Positions 20,995-30,950 of a stretch of DNA of 64,000 nucleotides are shown here, one piece after another. The notes beneath the pieces are model-generated. The model did not search any database. It saw only the letters and a program-made list of their open reading frames with translations, and was not told the DNA's origin. The position numbers and the translations under genes were made by a program. Position 1 is the first letter of the stretch; every line of letters starts with the position of its first letter. Source of the stretch: Acidobacteriota bacterium. Lineage in GTDB: Bacteria; Acidobacteriota; UBA890; WLXD01. The DNA lies in assembly GCA_963666055.2 (NCBI GenBank), contig CAXWPH010000014.1, positions 480,001 to 544,000 on the forward strand, read 5' to 3'.

Positions 20995-23366
20995 GCTTCA
21001 CGTGCGTCGACGTCGCTCGGGCCGCGGGATTGGAGAAGGGCCGTCGCGTCGGCGCGGAGAGGTTGTTCCGGTGTTGCCAGCATGACGACACTCGGCCCTC
21101 TCTGTCGATCAATGAGCGCAAGAACCGGTGGATTTGCGGGCCGTGTGAGGCTGGTGGCGGGGCCTGGAAACTGGCGGCGTTCCTTGGCGGCTTCGATCCG
21201 GACGACAAGCAGGCCGTACTCTCGTGGCTCCGCGACCACGATCTGCTTGATGGCGAGCGGGTCTCGTCGAAGTTCGTTGCCACTCACGACTACACGGACC
21301 ACGCCGGTGAGCTACTGTTCCAGGTCGTGCGCCTGCGGCCCAAGTCCTTCCGACAACGGCGTCCGGACGGCAACGGCGGGTGGGTGTGGAACGTCGACGG
21401 TGTGCGCCGCGTGTTGTACCGGCTGCCCGAGCTTGGCACGGCCACGGTCGTGCACATCAACGAGGGAGAAAAGGACGCCGACGCACTTCACGGCATCGGT
21501 CTCTCGGCCACATGTAACCCCGGGGGTGCGGGGAAGTGGCGGGACGAGTACACGGAGTCCTTCACTGCCGAGCACCAGGTCGTTGTCTTGCCGGACAACG
21601 ACGACGCCGGTCGCCGGCACGCCGAGACGGTGGCCGCATCACTGCACGGTCAGGTCGCGTCGGTGAAGGTGCTCCAGCTGCCGGACCTAGCTCCCAAGGG
21701 GGATGTCACGGACTTCATCAACGCGTGCAGGGACGCGGAGGAAGCTGCCGAGCGGCTTGCCACCATAGCGAATGGGGCGGATCAATGGGAGCCGCAGGCT
21801 GCCGACGAACCGACTGTGGAGGACCGCTGCACAACCATCGAGATCCGGCCCGACCTGACTGGCGTAACCGATGAGGCCATCGACGCGATAGCCGCGCAGC
21901 CGAGCCTCGGAGTCTACGTCCGCGGCCGCCAACTCGTGCGCGTCGCGCGGGACGGGTCTCCGCCGGAGTGCTGGCTGGAGCGATGGCCCGGGTCTCCGGT
22001 GATCGTTCCCATGGCGAGCGCACAGGTACTCGACGTCCTCGACCGAGCCGCCGCGTGGGTGAAGTTCGACGGCCGCCGCAAGGAGTATGTTGCCGCGATA
22101 CCGCCATCGTGGGTCGCGCAGCAGGTGGGTGCAAGGCTGGAGTGGCCGCTGCCGTACCTGGAGGCGGTTACCGAGACGCCGACCATCCGGTCTGACGGGT
22201 CGATCCTGGAGACGCCGGGGTGGGACCAGGCGTCCCGTCTCCTATACGAGCCGATCCCGGGAGCAGCGACGTGGCCGCCGGTGCCGGAGCAACCGACTGG
22301 GGAGGACGTACGCCGTGGCATCGCGATGCTGCGGGACCCATTGGAAGACTTCCCTTTCAAAGCGGAATCGGACGGTGCGGCCGCCATCGCGGTCATTCTG
22401 ACTCTGTTGGCGCGGCACCTCATTCACGGGCCGGTTCCGTTGATGGCCATTCGGGCGCCGACGCCGGCGACCGGCAAAACGCTGTTGGCCGACGTTATCG
22501 GGATCATGGGCACAGGGCGTGTCCCGCCCGTTATGACGATGACCTTCGAGTCGGAGGAGCTGCGGAAGCGGGTTACCTCCCTTGCGGTCGAGGGTGCTGC
22601 GCTAATCCTCCTCGACAACGTGTCGGGCACCCTTGGGTCCGACACCCTAGCCGCCGCGCTGACGGCGACCGACTGGGAAGACCGCATCCTCGGGACGAAC
22701 ACGGTTGTCCGCGTGCCGCTGCGCGTGGTGTGGATGGTGACCGGCAACAATCTCGGCTTTCGTCGCACGCTCGGACGGCGTGTGATCCCGATCGACCTGG
22801 ACGCGGGGGTGGAGCAGCCGGAGGACCGGGTCGGATTCCGCCACGCGGACCTGAGGGGGCACGTCCGCGAGCGCCGGCCGCACCTGGTGACCGCGGCCCT
22901 GACGATCCTGCGAGCGTTTCACCTAGCAGGTCGGCCGGCGCACGGGGGACCACGCATGGGCAGCTTCGAGGCCTGGGATGACCTGATCCGATCCGCGGTC
23001 ATCTGGGCCAGCTTGGCCGACCCTGCGTCCGCGGATCCGGAGCACGGACGGGGGCGAGTACGGTCGCAAGCGGATGACGATACGGAGACGCTGCGGCTGC
23101 TGCTGCGCGCGTTGGCCGACGCCTTTCCCCGCGGCGACTTTACGGCCGCGGACGTGGTGACCCGCTCGCGCAGTGACGAGGATCTAGCCGCTGCGCTGGA
23201 CGTAGCGGCTGCGCCGAGACGTGGTGGGAAGCCGACCGGCCGATCGTTGGGGTACGCGTTCCGGAATGCAGTTGACCGACCGGTCGGAGGCCTCGTGCTG
23301 CGCCGGTGGATGCAAGGGCGATCTGGGGTTGTCTGGCTGGTCGAGAGCCCGGAGGAGACGCGGTGA
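20991..23366 (+). CDS. Zn-finger/TOPRIM primase fused to a P-loop helicase-like domain
   Basis: CCQHDD..CGPC, NEGEKD, PDNDDAG, KGDVTD, ATGKT, LLDN. Confidence 0.88.
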   Translation: MSFTCVDVARAAGLEKGRRVGAERLFRCCQHDDTRPSLSINERKNRWICGPCEAGGGAWKLAAFLGGFDPDDKQAVLSWLRDHDLLDGERVSSKFVATHDYTDHAGELLFQVVRLRPKSFRQRRPDGNGGWVWNVDGVRRVLYRLPELGTATVVHINEGEKDADALHGIGLSATCNPGGAGKWRDEYTESFTAEHQVVVLPDNDDAGRRHAETVAASLHGQVASVKVLQLPDLAPKGDVTDFINACRDAEEAAERLATIANGADQWEPQAADEPTVEDRCTTIEIRPDLTGVTDEAIDAIAAQPSLGVYVRGRQLVRVARDGSPPECWLERWPGSPVIVPMASAQVLDVLDRAAAWVKFDGRRKEYVAAIPPSWVAQQVGARLEWPLPYLEAVTETPTIRSDGSILETPGWDQASRLLYEPIPGAATWPPVPEQPTGEDVRRGIAMLRDPLEDFPFKAESDGAAAIAVILTLLARHLIHGPVPLMAIRAPTPATGKTLLADVIGIMGTGRVPPVMTMTFESEELRKRVTSLAVEGAALILLDNVSGTLGSDTLAAALTATDWEDRILGTNTVVRVPLRVVWMVTGNNLGFRRTLGRRVIPIDLDAGVEQPEDRVGFRHADLRGHVRERRPHLVTAALTILRAFHLAGRPAHGGPRMGSFEAWDDLIRSAVIWASLADPASADPEHGRGRVRSQADDDTETLRLLLRALADAFPRGDFTAADVVTRSRSDEDLAAALDVAAAPRRGGKPTGRSLGYAFRNAVDRPVGGLVLRRWMQGRSGVVWLVESPEETR

Positions 23367-23488
23367 TGACGTTGATCGCGGTGATGGATCCTCCGTACGC
23401 GCGGGGAAGTGGCGGCTGCAGGGCGGTTTCCGGTGTGCGAATCGGGGTCCTGGGGCGGTATCCATCGCCACCATCGCCGCCATCACCA
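23359..23488. repeat. Putative replication origin 2 (convergent iteron-like repeats)
   Basis: CGCGGTGATG twice, facing three 9-bp-period CCATCRCCR units. Confidence 0.6.
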
Positions 23489-23513
23489 CCGGCAGCGGCC
23501 TGCTGACGGGACA

Positions 23514-23600
23514 GGCCACGACGACGTCGCCAATGCGGTCGCCGGGGCGCTGGCAGCGGTGGCGAGGGAACGTCGACCACGCTGGGGCGTTGCCTGAGCG
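23514..23600 (+). pseudogene. Second terminase large subunit, C-terminal remnant
   Basis: GHDDVANAVAGALAAVARERRPRWG versus GHDDVANAVAGALVAIAEGKRRRWG at about 20340-20430. Confidence 0.85.
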
Positions 23601-23724
23601 CAGAGGAGGAAGAAAGTCGTTCACGTCGCCAGCCGCGCTCGTCTTGTTGACATTGCCGGCTTGGAACCGGACACGGAGGTCCAGCCCCCTCCGGGGCCGC
23701 CGGGTTGGCGTGAACAGGTTCAAT

Positions 23725-23781
23725 TAGGTTCAGGACCTAGTGGGCTTCGGCCCGTGGGGGTTCAAGTCCATCCTTGGGAAC
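23725..23781 (+). other. Degenerate 3' fragment of tRNA-Leu(CAG)
   Basis: TAGGTT-CAG-GACCTAG, variable arm GGGC-TTCG-GCCC, GGGGGTTCAAGTCC; 5' part absent. Confidence 0.75.
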
Positions 23782-24049
23782 TTCGGTTTAACCTCTTATA
23801 AAATAAGAAGATACCAAGGGTAATGGGGCATTTCGTTTTCGGTTCCCTCTCGCCACTTTAGCGGCGAAAGTTAACAAACAGTTAACAAAACGGTCGCGAA
23901 TGCGTCGGCAGCGGCAGTAATGGGTGCCGGTTGCCGACGAGGAGACATCGTACGCTCGATGCAGTGGGCCGACACAGCATAGCAAGTTCCTTATCAAGCT
24001 TGCCGACTCTCTCGGCATCATCAAAGAACCACCAGGCTAGATCATGGAT

Positions 24050-24232
24050 CATGCCCGCGAACTTTCGCCGCCATGCGTACAACATCTGCGGGCTCACCCC
24101 CATCTTCCGGCAGATCTAGCACACCGGCGTCCCCGCGACCGCGCGTACGCGATCTGCCCCGTCCGTGTACTTCTTCTTCTTCATCGGTCCTCCCTGTTCG
24201 AGGACCACGTTACTCCGATTCCGTCAACCTCC
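24050..24232 (-). pseudogene. IS3-family OrfA remnant
   Basis: GGAGG RBS, MKKKKYTD..., disrupted, then ICRKMGVSPQMLYAWRRKFAGM. Confidence 0.75.
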
Positions 24233-24359
24233 AGCTGGACCAGTTCTCGGGGTTTGGGTCACGACTCAGGCTGCAGTCATGTCGCCCAGCCTCACTCTGC
24301 ACCCCGGCGCGCCTTCCTCACTTCTATCTGGCGCCCGCAGCCCACATATCCCCGTACCC

Positions 24360-27300
24360 CTACGCAGCTTCGTAGGTGATCGAGAAGATCGTGTCCGTCA
24401 GCCACCGGCGGAACGACTCGTTGTCGCTGAACTGCTTGAACAGCTCCGTGTCGTCTTTCAGCAACGCCGTCATCACCCGCCGGAGCGCCTTGTCGTGCTC
24501 GATCCGCGCGTTCTGCTTGTCGGAGTTCTGCTTGGCGTTCTGGTAAGCACTGTCGGCCGCCACGCGGTTCGGGATGTCCTCCGTGATAAGTCGGTGGACG
24601 CGGTCGCCATCGGTCCAGGGGATGTTCCCGAACTGGTCGTTGAAGGTCTTGAGGATGTTCGAGAGGCGGTCGAGCTCGGGTTCCGGCCTGTGACCAGCGC
24701 CGGTACCCGGGACCGGCTCGATCTCGGCCTCCTCGTCCGCCAGTTGGACCTGTCTCGCTGCCTTCTTCTCGACCCGGTAGCTGTCCATGTCGATGAGCTC
24801 AAGAATGCCTTGGGACAGATCCTCTTGCACCGGTGCGGGGAGCTTCGGCACCAGGAAGTTCAGGAAGATAGAGAGCTTCTCCCACTCGGCGTTCGTGTAA
24901 GGCAGGATCGAGGCCAGAAAGCCGTACACGCGCCCGAACGCCTTGGCCGTGCCCTTGAAGTCCACCTGCTCGTCCTCGTCCAACTGCTCCTTGTAGACCG
25001 CTACGCAGGCGTCGAGGATGGGGTCGAGCCGGTCGCGGTCGGCCCCTTCCAGGTAGAGCGTCACGAGCTGGTCGATCTGCGCGTTGGCATACACCTGATA
25101 ACCGTCGAGCGCCGCCTTGAGGTCGTGCAGCTTGTTGGGGTCGGTCTCCTCGCTGAGGATCGTCGTGCGGTAGTAATCAGCGAACGCCTCTTGGATGGCG
25201 TCGGCATCGTTCATGAAGTCGAGGACGAACACGTCGTGTTTCTTCGGGTGCGCCCTGTTGAGACGCGACAGCGTCTGCACCGCCTTGATCCCGGACAAGA
25301 TCTTGTCCACGTACATCGTGTGCAACAGCGGCTCGTCGTACCCGGTCTGGAACTTGTCGGCACAAATGAGGAACCGATAAGGGTCGTGCTGGATCTCGTC
25401 GGCGATCCGCCCGGAGGGGAAGCCGTTCAGGGATGCCTCACTGACCTGCGCCCCGCCATACTCGTGCTCGCCTGAGAACGCGACGATGGCCTGATGCGGA
25501 CTCTTGCGCTCCACGAGGTACTGCCGGATCGCGTGGTAGTACTGGATTGCGCGCTGGATGCCGCTTGTCACCACCATCGCGCGTGCGTTGCCACCGATCT
25601 TGTTGAGCGCCAGCACCTGTTCGTGAAAGTGGTCCACCATGATCTCGGCCTTGAGCTGGATGGCATGCTCATGGCTCTCGACATAGCGGCGCAGCTTCTT
25701 CCGGGCGCGCTTGTTGTCGAATTCTGGATCACCCTCGATCTTCTTGATGAGCTTGTAGTAGCTCTCGACCGGCGTGTAGTGCTGCAGCACGTCCAGGATG
25801 AAGCCCTCCTGGATCGCCTGCTTCATGGTGTAGCTGTGGAAGGAGCGGTGCTTGCTCTGCCCGCCCGCGCCGTACGCCTCGCCGAAGATCTCCAGCGTCT
25901 TGTTCTTGGGCGTGGCGGTGAAGGCAAAGTAGCTCGCGTTCGGCAGGAGCTTCCGCGCCGCCATGATGCGGTTGATCCTGTCCTCGGTGGTCTCCTCCTC
26001 CTGCTCGGCGCCCGCCTCCGAAAGCGCCATATGGACCGCCGCTGCGGTCTTGCCGCCCTGGCTCGAATGCGCCTCGTCGATAAGGATGGCGAAGCGCCGG
26101 CCCCGCTGCTCGTTGCCGATCTCATCGAGGATGAACGGGAACTTCTGCACCGTCGAGATGATGATCTTCTTGCCGCTCTCGATAAACGCGCGGAGATTTG
26201 CCGAGCGTTTGGCATGCCCGACGGTGGCCCCGACTTGGGCGAACTGCTTGATCGTGTCGCGGATCTGCTGGTCGAGGATGCGTCGGTCCGTGACCACGAT
26301 GATGGAGTCGAACACCTCCGCGTCGTCTTTACGTAGCCCGATCAACTGGTGCGCAAGCCAGGCGATGGAGTTGGACTTGCCGCTACCGGCCGAATGCTGG
26401 ATGAGATACTGCTTCCCTGCGCCGTGCTGGCAAGTATCGGCCAAGAGTCGACGCACCACGTCGAGCTGGTGGTAGCGTGGCCAGATCTGCACCCTCCTCT
26501 TCTTGCCTGTCTTGTCATCCTTGGTCTGGACGATCTGGGCGTAGTTTTCCAGGATGTTGGTCAGGCTGTCGCGGGTGAGCAGGCGCTTCCAGAGGTAGTC
26601 GGTCTTAATCCCGTTCGGGTTCGGCGGGTTGCCAGCGCCGTCGTTCCAACCCCGGTCGAACGGCAGGAACCAGGACTTCTTGCCGGCGAGATGTGTACAG
26701 AAGCGCACCTCGTTGTCGTCCACAGCGAAGTGGGCCACGCAGCGGCCGAGCTCGAACAGCTTCTCGCGCGGGTCGCGGTCACGCTTGTACTGCTGCACGG
26801 CATCCTGGACTGTCTGCTTGGTGAGGCTATTCTTCAGCTCGAACGTGGCGACCGGCAGGCCGTTGATGAACAGGCCGAGGTCGAGCGCGAGCTGGGTCTC
26901 ATCGCGGCTGTAGCGGAGCTGGCGCGTGACCGAGAAGCGGTTCTGTGCGTAGCGTTCAGCGGCGAGAGGGTTATCGGTAGACGGGGTGCCATGGAACAGG
27001 TCCAGGTCATGCGCCCCGTGCTTTGAGGCCGTGGCGCAGCACGTCGATGGTGCCGCGCTTGCTGATCTCGCCTTGGAGGCGCGCCAGGAACTTCCGGCGC
27101 GCTGGCCCGTCGTCTTCCAGGTGCAGCCCCTCGAACGCATCCGGTTGCGTTGCCACGAGGAACGCCCGCAGCTGCGCCGGATCGACCGTGTACTCCCGGT
27201 CGTACTCGTTGGGGTGGCCGCAGATCCATCCGGCCCCACCCGAAGGGGCGGCGTCTTCACCTTCCAAACCTGCCTGCGCCAACGCGGCATCGCAGGCACT

Positions 27301-27360
27301 GCCGGTCAAGGCGGTGCAGATCAACCGTTCGAGTCCGCGTTCGCTAGTGTCGGTTGTCAC
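24360..27360 (-). CDS. hsdR: Type I restriction subunit R, +1 frameshift near 27023
   Basis: FELKN, QHSAGSGKS, DEAH, FTATP, QTLSRLNR; N-terminus (MTTDTSERGLE) lies in ORF 27007..27360. Confidence 0.92.
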
Positions 27361-28848
27361 ACTGCGGCCTTCTCGGGGGTGGCGAGACCTTCGGTGGGCT
27401 CTTGCTCGCCGTTGATGAGGGCTTCAGCCTCGTCGAGGGACTCGGGCTCCTCGGCCTCATCCGGTAGCCGGGATGCCGCCTCCCGAACGTCGAGCTTGCC
27501 GGTGACAACGTCGGCGATGAGGCGGGTGCGATATTCCCGGAGAAGGCTAGTCTCGTGCTCTGCGCGGGCAGCTGCCCGGTCGATGTCGGCAGTTAGTTCG
27601 GAAACCGCACGGAGAAGTTCCTCCTGCTTCCCCAACCGACGGAAACAAAATCGGAAAGGCACGCAACGTGCTGCTGTTAGTGGAGGCGAGGTTCGTGGTC
27701 TGTTTCGCGGTGAGTTGGAAGTAACTGCGTCCGAGCTGCGAAGCCATGAGGCCCACCAAGAACTCAGGCAGCACGTCCTTCTGCTGACAACGAACCGCGA
27801 ACACGTGGTTCTGGTGTAAGCATTCCGCTACTTCGCCACCCCAAACGCAGCCACGCCCGAGCTTGTCGATGTCGCCCCCTTCGGTCATCAAGACATCCCC
27901 CGCCTGAAGGGTGGAACGCTGCGCTGCAGCAGGTGGAACATCCAGTTGCTTGACGTGCTGAAGATCAAGACGACCACTCTGGACGTTCGCTACTCTGAGA
28001 TACGGGTAGGATTCAGTATCACTGCCTCGATAGTTCTTCCCCAGCGTCAGCCCCGTCTGAACAGCGGCTACATCCTTAAGCCTGGTGACTTCCCAATGCT
28101 CCGGCACCTCCCCCAGCCACTCGACGCCGGAGGGCTTGTAGGCCGGGTAAGGCTGGCCGGTTCGGACGTCGATCTGGCCTGTGACGGCCTGGTGGATGAG
28201 GGCCTGCTTCTGCTCTTGTAGCAGCGTGATCAGCTTCTGCTTGGCGCGGATATAGTGCTGGATGCGCCGGTCGGCGTAGTCGAGATAGCGGACGATGGCG
28301 GCTTGCTCGGGGAGGGGTGGAAAAGCAACAGGCTCGCCTAGGTAAGAAGACGAGTCGAGGTTCTGTATCCCCGTCGTTTGCTTGATCGAGCGAACGTTGA
28401 GTCGGATGGCGTAAAGGTGCGAGTGCAGGTACGTCAGGTAGCTTGAGTCACAATGAGCGGAAACCAGCATCAGGGCGACGAAGTTCGAGCACACCGCCTC
28501 AACATCGTGGTCATATAAAATCACTACGCCTACCGGCTGCAGGTTGCCTCCACCAGACTTCTCCAAGAGCAGGTCGCCTTGCTTCAACAAGCGACGGTTT
28601 CGCTCGTTCGGCGCTATTGCTCGAAGCGTGGGGTTCTCCAGTTTTACGCGCAAACGGACCCGATCAAAGTCTGCGACACGTACGCAAGGCAGGTCCTCGC
28701 GGCCGTTTGGATCATTTCCCCAGATCCCGTTGATACACCCGTGAACGGAGGTCCCCAACCGCCGCACATCCCAGTGCTCTGGAACCGCCCCCAGCCACTG
28801 CACGCCGGAGTCCTTCATTGAGGGATAGGGCTTGAGGTCAGCGATCAC
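27357..28848 (-). CDS. hsdS: Type I specificity subunit S, +1 frameshift near 27630
   Basis: KDSGVQWLG.VPEHW and KPSGVEWLGEVPEHW repeats, PPLPEQ; C-terminal EYRTRLIADVVTGKLDVR in a second frame. Confidence 0.92.
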
Positions 28849-30950
28849 GCTTCGGCCTCTCCGTTACCCATCTGCTTCTCGAAAGCTTGACGCACGAGGC
28901 CCATCACGTAGGGCACCTCGTCCAGCGTGCTCAAGCCCACCTCCGCGTCGCCGTTGCCCCATCGGCCGATGTTCGTCACGTCCTTGGCCAAGCCTCTGGG
29001 ATCGTGTAGCTCGTGGAAGTGCAGGTTGAGCGAAAGGCGTAGGCGGCTCTTTTGCGGCACCACGTCCACGAAGTTGGTCTCGGCCTTGTAGGCGACGTAG
29101 AGCTTCAGCATCTCTTCGCTGACGCAAGGGTCGAGCGTCAAGACCTCCTTACGGAACATCTCGAATAGCGGCCGCATAGGACTGTCCGCGGCGAGATACA
29201 GGTGGTCGTCCAGGGTGTAGCCGGGGAGGCGTTCCACCTTCGGGCGGTATGTCTCCAGTACCTCGGGCGACAGCGCGGGGGGCGCCCAGACTTGCGTGGC
29301 CTGCTCCGCGAGCCGCCTTGCCCGCCTCCGGATGGCGCCTTCGTTCCAGGTGTCCAAGGCACCGAGACCCTCGTTGAGCCGAAGCGGGCTCTCTTTGAAG
29401 CCGCCTTGCATGTCGCGCTTGTCCCCGAACTTCCGGTCGCTGTACTCGGCGTTGTAGCCAGTGAGCGTGAGGTTGCCAAGGGTATGCAGCCAGGTCTCTT
29501 GCAGGCGCTGCCACTCCGGGCCGAGTGCCTCACGCCACGTTGCCGAGAGGTTCTCGTTCTGCGGCAGGATGTGCTCGATGGTGTACTCGTGCACCGGCAC
29601 GCGCTCCTTGCGGCCATAGTTTTCCAGACGGCGCAGCCAGTAGCTCCGACTCCGGAAGTTGTAGAGGTCGCGCGCGGACAGCTCGCGCTTGAACTCCCCG
29701 TCGAGCGGAAAGCGTCGGTAGGACGGCAGAGCGAGGAAGTGCGCCTGGATGCTCTCGATGTAGCGGTCCTTCTGGAGCACACGTCCGAAGGTGGCGAAGG
29801 TCTTGTTGAGCGAGTTGGTGGGAATGGCACACACTGCCCGGCGGAACACGTAGGCTTCGACCAGCCGCACGGCCCGGACGAAGTCTTCCTTCCGGAGCCG
29901 GCCCTGCGCGTAGTCGTCGTATAGCTCCAGGAGGAATGGAAAGGCCACCTCCACCTTCAGCTCGCGGAGATCCTGGAACGCTGGCGCGAGGTCCTTTTCA
30001 GGCTCCTTGCCGAGCGCCATCGCGCAGTAATAATCAGCGTAGGCGTGGATGTCGCCGACCAGGGCGTCCACGCCGGCTGCTGCTACATCGGGCGAGTGTG
30101 CGTGGCCCTTGAAGGCTTCGTAGACGGCCTTGATGTTCGGGATCTCGCCGGTCTTGAGCGTCAAGTAGTGACGCATGAAGCGGTCGAAGTGCTTGCCGTA
30201 GTGCTCCTGCCCAAAGGCGACCTCCATCGGCCGCCAGTGCTCCTCGTAGAGGCTCGTCTGCTGGGCAGTGTCCAGACCCATCAGGATGAAGTTGCGGATC
30301 AGGTCAGCCTGACTCAGCGCGCGGCCAGTCGAGTTCATGCTCTCGAAGATGAGCTGCGGGTTGTCCTGATCGCGGCTGAGGGCGATGTCCACGATCATGA
30401 GCTTTGCGAGCCCCTTGCACAGCGGCGCAAAGTCGGCGCCAACCGCCTGCACCCGCTTCTCGAAGAAGGCGAAGTTCTCCATGATGCGGAGCGAGGGGTC
30501 GGCCGGCTGCGGTTTCTGCTGCATCAGGGCGAGCAGGCTCTGCTTGTCCGTCTGGGTGAGGAGGAGCTTGAAGCCGCGCTCTCCCTCTTCCAGCGGGTTG
30601 AGCAGATAGTAGCTGCGTAGCTTCTTCGCCGAGAAACCGTCCACGGGCTCCCCGTTACCCACGCGCTTCGCTAGAGCTTCGAGAATGAGCATCACGGTCG
30701 TCAGGCGCTGCTGACCGTCGATGACGAGCAACACCGACTGGCTGGAGACCTGATAGAGCCCCTCTTCGATGTAGACAATGGAGCCGACGAAGTGGGCCGC
30801 GATATCCTCGTCTCTCCCCGTCCGCAGGATGTCGTCCCAGAGCTGACGGCACTCGCTCTCCGTCCAGCTATAGGTGCGCTGGTAGATGGGGATGACGAAC
30901 TGTGGTGACTTCTTGAGGAAGTCGAGGAACTTGACTTCGGTGGCCTTCAT
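28845..30950 (-). CDS. GmrSD-like DUF262 + DUF1524 (HNH) protein with a C-terminal DUF5655-like domain
   Basis: IPIYQRTYSW, IDGQQRLTT, IFESMN, IEHILPQ, LGNLTL, GRWGNGD. Confidence 0.88.
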   Translation of the reverse strand: MKATEVKFLDFLKKSPQFVIPIYQRTYSWTESECRQLWDDILRTGRDEDIAAHFVGSIVYIEEGLYQVSSQSVLLVIDGQQRLTTVMLILEALAKRVGNGEPVDGFSAKKLRSYYLLNPLEEGERGFKLLLTQTDKQSLLALMQQKPQPADPSLRIMENFAFFEKRVQAVGADFAPLCKGLAKLMIVDIALSRDQDNPQLIFESMNSTGRALSQADLIRNFILMGLDTAQQTSLYEEHWRPMEVAFGQEHYGKHFDRFMRHYLTLKTGEIPNIKAVYEAFKGHAHSPDVAAAGVDALVGDIHAYADYYCAMALGKEPEKDLAPAFQDLRELKVEVAFPFLLELYDDYAQGRLRKEDFVRAVRLVEAYVFRRAVCAIPTNSLNKTFATFGRVLQKDRYIESIQAHFLALPSYRRFPLDGEFKRELSARDLYNFRSRSYWLRRLENYGRKERVPVHEYTIEHILPQNENLSATWREALGPEWQRLQETWLHTLGNLTLTGYNAEYSDRKFGDKRDMQGGFKESPLRLNEGLGALDTWNEGAIRRRARRLAEQATQVWAPPALSPEVLETYRPKVERLPGYTLDDHLYLAADSPMRPLFEMFRKEVLTLDPCVSEEMLKLYVAYKAETNFVDVVPQKSRLRLSLNLHFHELHDPRGLAKDVTNIGRWGNGDAEVGLSTLDEVPYVMGLVRQAFEKQMGNGEAEA

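Noticed and set aside
13316-23600. Complete prophage
   Set aside because: No capsid, portal, tail or lysis genes recognised.
27000-27650. Phase variation of the type I R-M system
   Set aside because: The shifts are in runs of 2-4 nt rather than long repeat tracts, and there are no invertible hsdS copies.
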